Part shown: in pieces, positions 62,601-64,000 of the stretch
How positions within the stretch are numbered: the stretch's first letter is position 1
Layout of the letters: the number at the start of each line of letters is the position of its first letter
From: Perna viridis
Lineage: Eukaryota
Reading direction: 5' to 3'
DNA length: 64,000 nt
NCBI GenBank assembly: GCA_037379345.1
Contig: CM074512.1
Location: forward strand, 19,344,001 to 19,408,000
The notes under the pieces: generated by a model
Database searches by the model: none
What the model was told of the DNA's origin: nothing
What the model saw: only the letters and a program-made list of their open reading frames with translations
Program-made: the position numbers and the translations under genes

Positions 62601-63462
62601 TGCCTTTTTTTAGCTGACCTGGCCCTTAGGGCCATCTGAGCTATTGCCATCACTAGTGGTCTGTCGTCATCAATTTTTTTTTTCATGACTTTACTCATTT
62701 GACACTACGTGACCAATTAGAACCAAACTTGGTATTAATGTTCCTAAGAGTGTTCAGCTGATGTTTGGATTTTTGATCTGTTGAAAAACATGGCTGCTGT
62801 TTCTAAAAATAGAACATATAGGTCCGACAGAAGTTTTTCGCATATATCTCCAACACTATTAGGTTTAGCCAAAGTCTGACTCAGGTGAAAGTGTTTAGCA
62901 TGATGAGATTTATTATTGGTCAAATTTTCTTGTAAATCTGTTAAGCCATGTTGGAGTTGTTGCCTTTTTTTATAATGTTTTTTTTGCTGTTTTCAATGTT
63001 ATTACCCTAAAAAAATTTCTCCTCAGAAACTACTTGATAGAATTTAATGAAAAATTGATATGATTGTTCCTTAGGTATGAGCGTTAGGAATTTATCTAAG
63101 AAAGAACATGGACACATTTACAAAAATAGGTTGATTCTTATCGAGCAAGGTGAGCAGTTCAGGCTCTTTAGAGCCAATTAGTTGTAACTAACCTACCCAA
63201 TAACCACAGAAATTAGAATTTCACAAACTTAAAAAACACTTCATTTGATTGTAATGCTACAAGAGTCTTGAGATGAAGTTGTTTGTCAACTCCTTATTAG
63301 ACTTATTGCCGTTGAAAGACGGAAATTACATTCTTCGCAGTTTTTACACAATATTTTCATATACTGATTAATTTTTATTTTCAGCTGCGGAAGAAATTGT
63401 CTGATGTTGAAAGACAGTTGGACAGAGAAATCACAGCAAACAAACAGTTGTCACAGAAACTG
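26555..63462 (+). CDS. RRBP1: Ribosome-binding protein 1 / kinectin family ER membrane coiled-coil protein; 22 coding exons in window (1044 codons), 3' end beyond window
   Basis: N-terminal TM helix, KEQSYEEAIAEQ and a Lys-rich region. Family motifs EIQTLIETLL, W.KKGQKGDPIALLRKQLEEKEK, KKNN|ELREKNWKAMDAL, LQRLFPDV, EGEERKW. All exons join GT-AG in frame (3132 nt). Confidence 0.93.
28522..29389. mobile_element. Non-autonomous DNA transposon with TIRs related to 22642-24500
   Basis: CAGTGTTCAATTT and AGATTGAACACTG termini; TSD degraded. Confidence 0.5.
29463..29602 (+). CDS. RRBP1: RRBP1-like coding exon 2
   Basis: SDDARQLITSIQNAALNDREIQTLIETLL...WNK, AG/GT. Confidence 0.92.
30505..30577 (+). 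CDS. RRBP1: RRBP1-like coding exon 3
   Basis: KGQKGDPIALLRKQLEEKEKALQE, AG/GT. Confidence 0.93.
30596..32250 (+). mobile_element. hAT-type non-autonomous element, copy 2, carrying a nested insertion
   Basis: CAAGGGTCCG...CGGACCCTG TIRs; perfect 8-bp TSD GTCTTAAT (30588-30595, 32251-32258); begins 18 nt into the intron. Confidence 0.9.
31315..32120. mobile_element. Kolobok-like non-autonomous element (TTAA TSD) nested in hAT copy 2
   Basis: TTAA|AGGGAAAGAC...GTCTTCTCCT|TTAA. Absent from hAT copy 1, which has a single TTAA at 23982-23985. Confidence 0.82.
33960..34219 (+). CDS. RRBP1: RRBP1-like coding exon 4
   Basis: QQLAMSSNNKYKELKQE...EQEFQALQLRMQ...YTQLIE, AG/GT. Confidence 0.92.
35345..35499. 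mobile_element. MITE family X (CAGTCTTC TIR) with 6-bp TSD
   Basis: TTATTT at 35339-35344 and 35500-35505; inverted sibling at 39258-39389. Confidence 0.8.
36311..36462. mobile_element. MITE family Y (CAGGGATGATTT TIR), 6-bp TSD with one mismatch
   Basis: TATTTG / TATTTT flanks; sibling at 45406-45546. Confidence 0.75.
36989..37026 (+). CDS. RRBP1: RRBP1-like coding exon 5 (38 nt)
   Basis: ENKRLKEQYERI; supplies the phase-0 to phase-2 link. Confidence 0.85.
37515..37689 (+). CDS. RRBP1: RRBP1-like coding exon 6
   Basis: AEAVPPAEFNSLRQKV...KKLKGSE, AG/GT. Confidence 0.9.
38284..38487 (+). CDS. RRBP1: RRBP1-like coding exon 7
   Basis: TDSSGVWSKRIDEVNQQLRK...LEQKLK, AG/GT. Confidence 0.9.
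38771..39588 (+). mobile_element. Helentron-like element, second family, with internal tandem core repeats
   Basis: TTTTATACCC start, short TCTG/TCC microsatellite, repeated AGGTTGGGCAT..ATGT.GATGT cores, 3' hairpin TGTGAACTTGCTCACA. Related copy near 59250-59612. Confidence 0.6.
39258..39389. mobile_element. MITE family X, copy 2 (nested, inverted)
   Basis: CAGTCTTCAC...GTGAAGACTG; flanks AGATTG / AGACTG. Confidence 0.78.
40999..41124 (+). CDS. RRBP1: RRBP1-like coding exon 8
   Basis: GSEKEKNSLESSLK...LQIELK, AG/GT. Confidence 0.88.
41587..41747 (+). CDS. RRBP1: RRBP1-like coding exon 9
   Basis: RMKEEKKVLDDEVK...APNGDIH...AEHEK, AG/GT. Confidence 0.88.
42304..42607 (+). CDS. RRBP1: RRBP1-like coding exon 10
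   Basis: LSQKTTEIKKL...ELETQKKKNN, AG/GT. Confidence 0.9.
43609..43704 (+). CDS. RRBP1: RRBP1-like coding exon 11
   Basis: ELREKNWKAMDALDKTEK..., a hallmark RRBP1/KTN1 motif. Confidence 0.94.
45406..45546. mobile_element. MITE family Y, copy 2, perfect 6-bp TSD
   Basis: ATACAA at 45400-45405 and 45547-45552. Confidence 0.8.
46146..46238 (+). CDS. RRBP1: RRBP1-like coding exon 12
   Basis: EEVQSS...ALLQRLFPDVKVSEKL, AG/GT. Confidence 0.92.
47438..47518 (+). CDS. RRBP1: RRBP1-like coding exon 13
   Basis: KHTEWMTTFEKEVK...GQQ; AAG acceptor, GTAAGT donor. Confidence 0.87.
48389..48481 (+). CDS. RRBP1: RRBP1-like coding exon 14
   Basis: SAKSEDSSKLEEENKRLESQVQEFKVVLQTT, GTAAGT donor. Confidence 0.88.
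48796..48888 (+). CDS. RRBP1: RRBP1-like coding exon 15
   Basis: ENKLQQLENSVEGEERKWQQKV...LEQ, AG/GT. Confidence 0.92.
50156..51185 (+). mobile_element. Helentron-associated (HINE/pearl-like) element with about 2.6 tandem ~325-bp cores
   Basis: TTTTTAGCTCCCCTGG 5' end; cores start ATCTTCT near 50234, 50554 and 50885; 3' CAGGTGAGCGATTC plus hairpin AGGCTC-TCTT-GAGCCT. Confidence 0.78.
51262..51321 (+). CDS. RRBP1: RRBP1-like coding exon 16
   Basis: LRQDNSSLKVELEKTKGNAE, AG/GT. Confidence 0.85.
51957..52112. mobile_element. Short MITE (CAGGGGTAAAA / TTTATAACCCTG)
   Basis: Imperfect TIRs; flanks TATGG / GATGG. Confidence 0.5.
53598..53640. repeat. Poly(T)43 tract
   Basis: Read directly; sits at the 3' end of a Helentron-like remnant. 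Confidence 0.95.
54418..54483 (+). CDS. RRBP1: RRBP1-like coding exon 17 (66 nt, possible cassette exon)
   Basis: ALGELDFAYRCLEKSITKITDE; TTTTAG acceptor, GTAACT donor, phase 0/0. Confidence 0.75.
55796..56110. repeat. ~51-bp minisatellite, about 6 diverged copies
   Basis: ATATCTGACATGGTACTTGACATAATTCTAAAT...CAGCCTGGTTCC repeated in tandem. Confidence 0.85.
57101..57184 (+). CDS. RRBP1: RRBP1-like coding exon 18
   Basis: MTEKVTSLEERLKESEEKCSQYENKTSE, AG/GT. Confidence 0.87.
60305..60385 (+). CDS. RRBP1: RRBP1-like coding exon 19
   Basis: AESRISTLEEELNEK...DLMK, AG/GT. Confidence 0.87.
60948..61094 (+). CDS. RRBP1: RRBP1-like coding exon 20
   Basis: QIEELKK...LNGIIKTGQDSLSKEQELVNELRKQIEDKNK, GTGAGT donor. 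Confidence 0.9.
61790..61963. repeat. Long imperfect palindrome (palindromic MITE)
   Basis: Centre GCAGAACTAGTTCTGC; arms AATAAGATAATCAATTG..GTGAATAAC and GTTATTCAC..CAATTAATTATCCTATT. Confidence 0.65.
62359..62394 (+). CDS. RRBP1: RRBP1-like coding exon 21 (36 nt)
   Basis: QSGATPSQEVDE; TTTCAG acceptor, GTGAGT donor. Confidence 0.82.
62605..63183 (+). mobile_element. Helentron-associated element, same family as 50156-51185
   Basis: TTTTTAGCTGACCTGGCCCTTAGGGCC 5' end, about 1.3 cores, AGGTGAGCAGTTCAGGCTC..GAGCC 3' end. Confidence 0.75.
63385..63462 (+). CDS. RRBP1: RRBP1-like coding exon 22
   Basis: LRKKLSDVERQLDREITANKQLSQKL, GTAGGT donor; no stop reached in the window. Confidence 0.9.
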
Positions 63463-64000
63463 GTAGGTTTAGAAACACATTTTTTTATCTTGTTTTAATT
63501 ATCTTTCAATCCTTTATGAGATGGTATTTTAGGGTGGGTTTTTTATGTAGTATTTTATGTTGATTTACTTGATGGCCCTTCTTTAATCATGTTCTTGTGA
63601 TATGATTGAGGTTTTTTTTCTTTATATTTCCAAATTAAAATTCTAACTATGATTTCATGTAAGATACTATATATAAAGTTAGCCTTTCTAATGGTTTACT
63701 GAGTTAACAAAAATAAATATTTACTTTTATTTGCACATTAATCTGAAAGTTTTTTTTTCTGTATTCAAGTGAACTGAGGCAGCATTATAAACTTTAATGT
63801 TAACAAATATAAGAAAACTGTGGATTATTATTCTTATGAGTTCAATAATTATTATGTGAACTCATTTGTTGCATCTGTAAATTACACTTCAAGAATGAAT
63901 CTTTACATTGAAATATTCTGTGTGTTTTACATTAAACGTATTTAAAGTTGGGCCATTAGTTGTGTGGTTCTGGTATTTGTTTTTAGTTAAACTGAACTTT

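Noticed and set aside
10000-64000. Remaining 60-100 aa ORFs in the track that do not overlap called exons
   Set aside because: They have the composition of random AT-rich sequence or fall in MITEs, many start at non-ATG codons, and none shows a recognisable motif.

Overview
AT-rich eukaryotic genomic DNA. The repeat content (Helentron-like elements, many MITEs, Penelope-like RT) points to a bivalve mollusc, probably a mussel; this is inferred. Two intron-rich host genes lie head-to-head with their ATGs 786 bp apart. On the minus strand is a complete 6-exon enolase-phosphatase E1 gene (ENOPH1, CDS 25769->13860, 317 aa) with an extra Asp/Glu-rich C-terminal tail. On the plus strand is a ribosome-binding protein 1/kinectin-family gene (RRBP1/KTN1-like): 22 coding exons from 26555 to 63462, 1044 codons in the window, continuing past the right edge. 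All exons were assembled by hand with GT-AG sites and consistent phase. The first ~10 kb is a pile-up of mobile-element remnants. It starts with a GC-rich, intact-looking Polinton/adintovirus-like viral fragment (two convergent ORFs separated by a hairpin and an A19 run, cut by the left edge), which is the best candidate for an undescribed system. It is followed by Gypsy, CR1/L2-like, DIRS/Ngaro, RTE and Penelope-like pieces. The introns carry nested non-autonomous DNA transposons with readable TSDs (8 bp, TTAA, and unusual 5 and 6 bp), Helentron-like elements with internal tandem arrays, long palindromes and minisatellites. No CRISPR array, tRNA or rRNA was seen. All family assignments come from motif recognition by eye, not from database searches.
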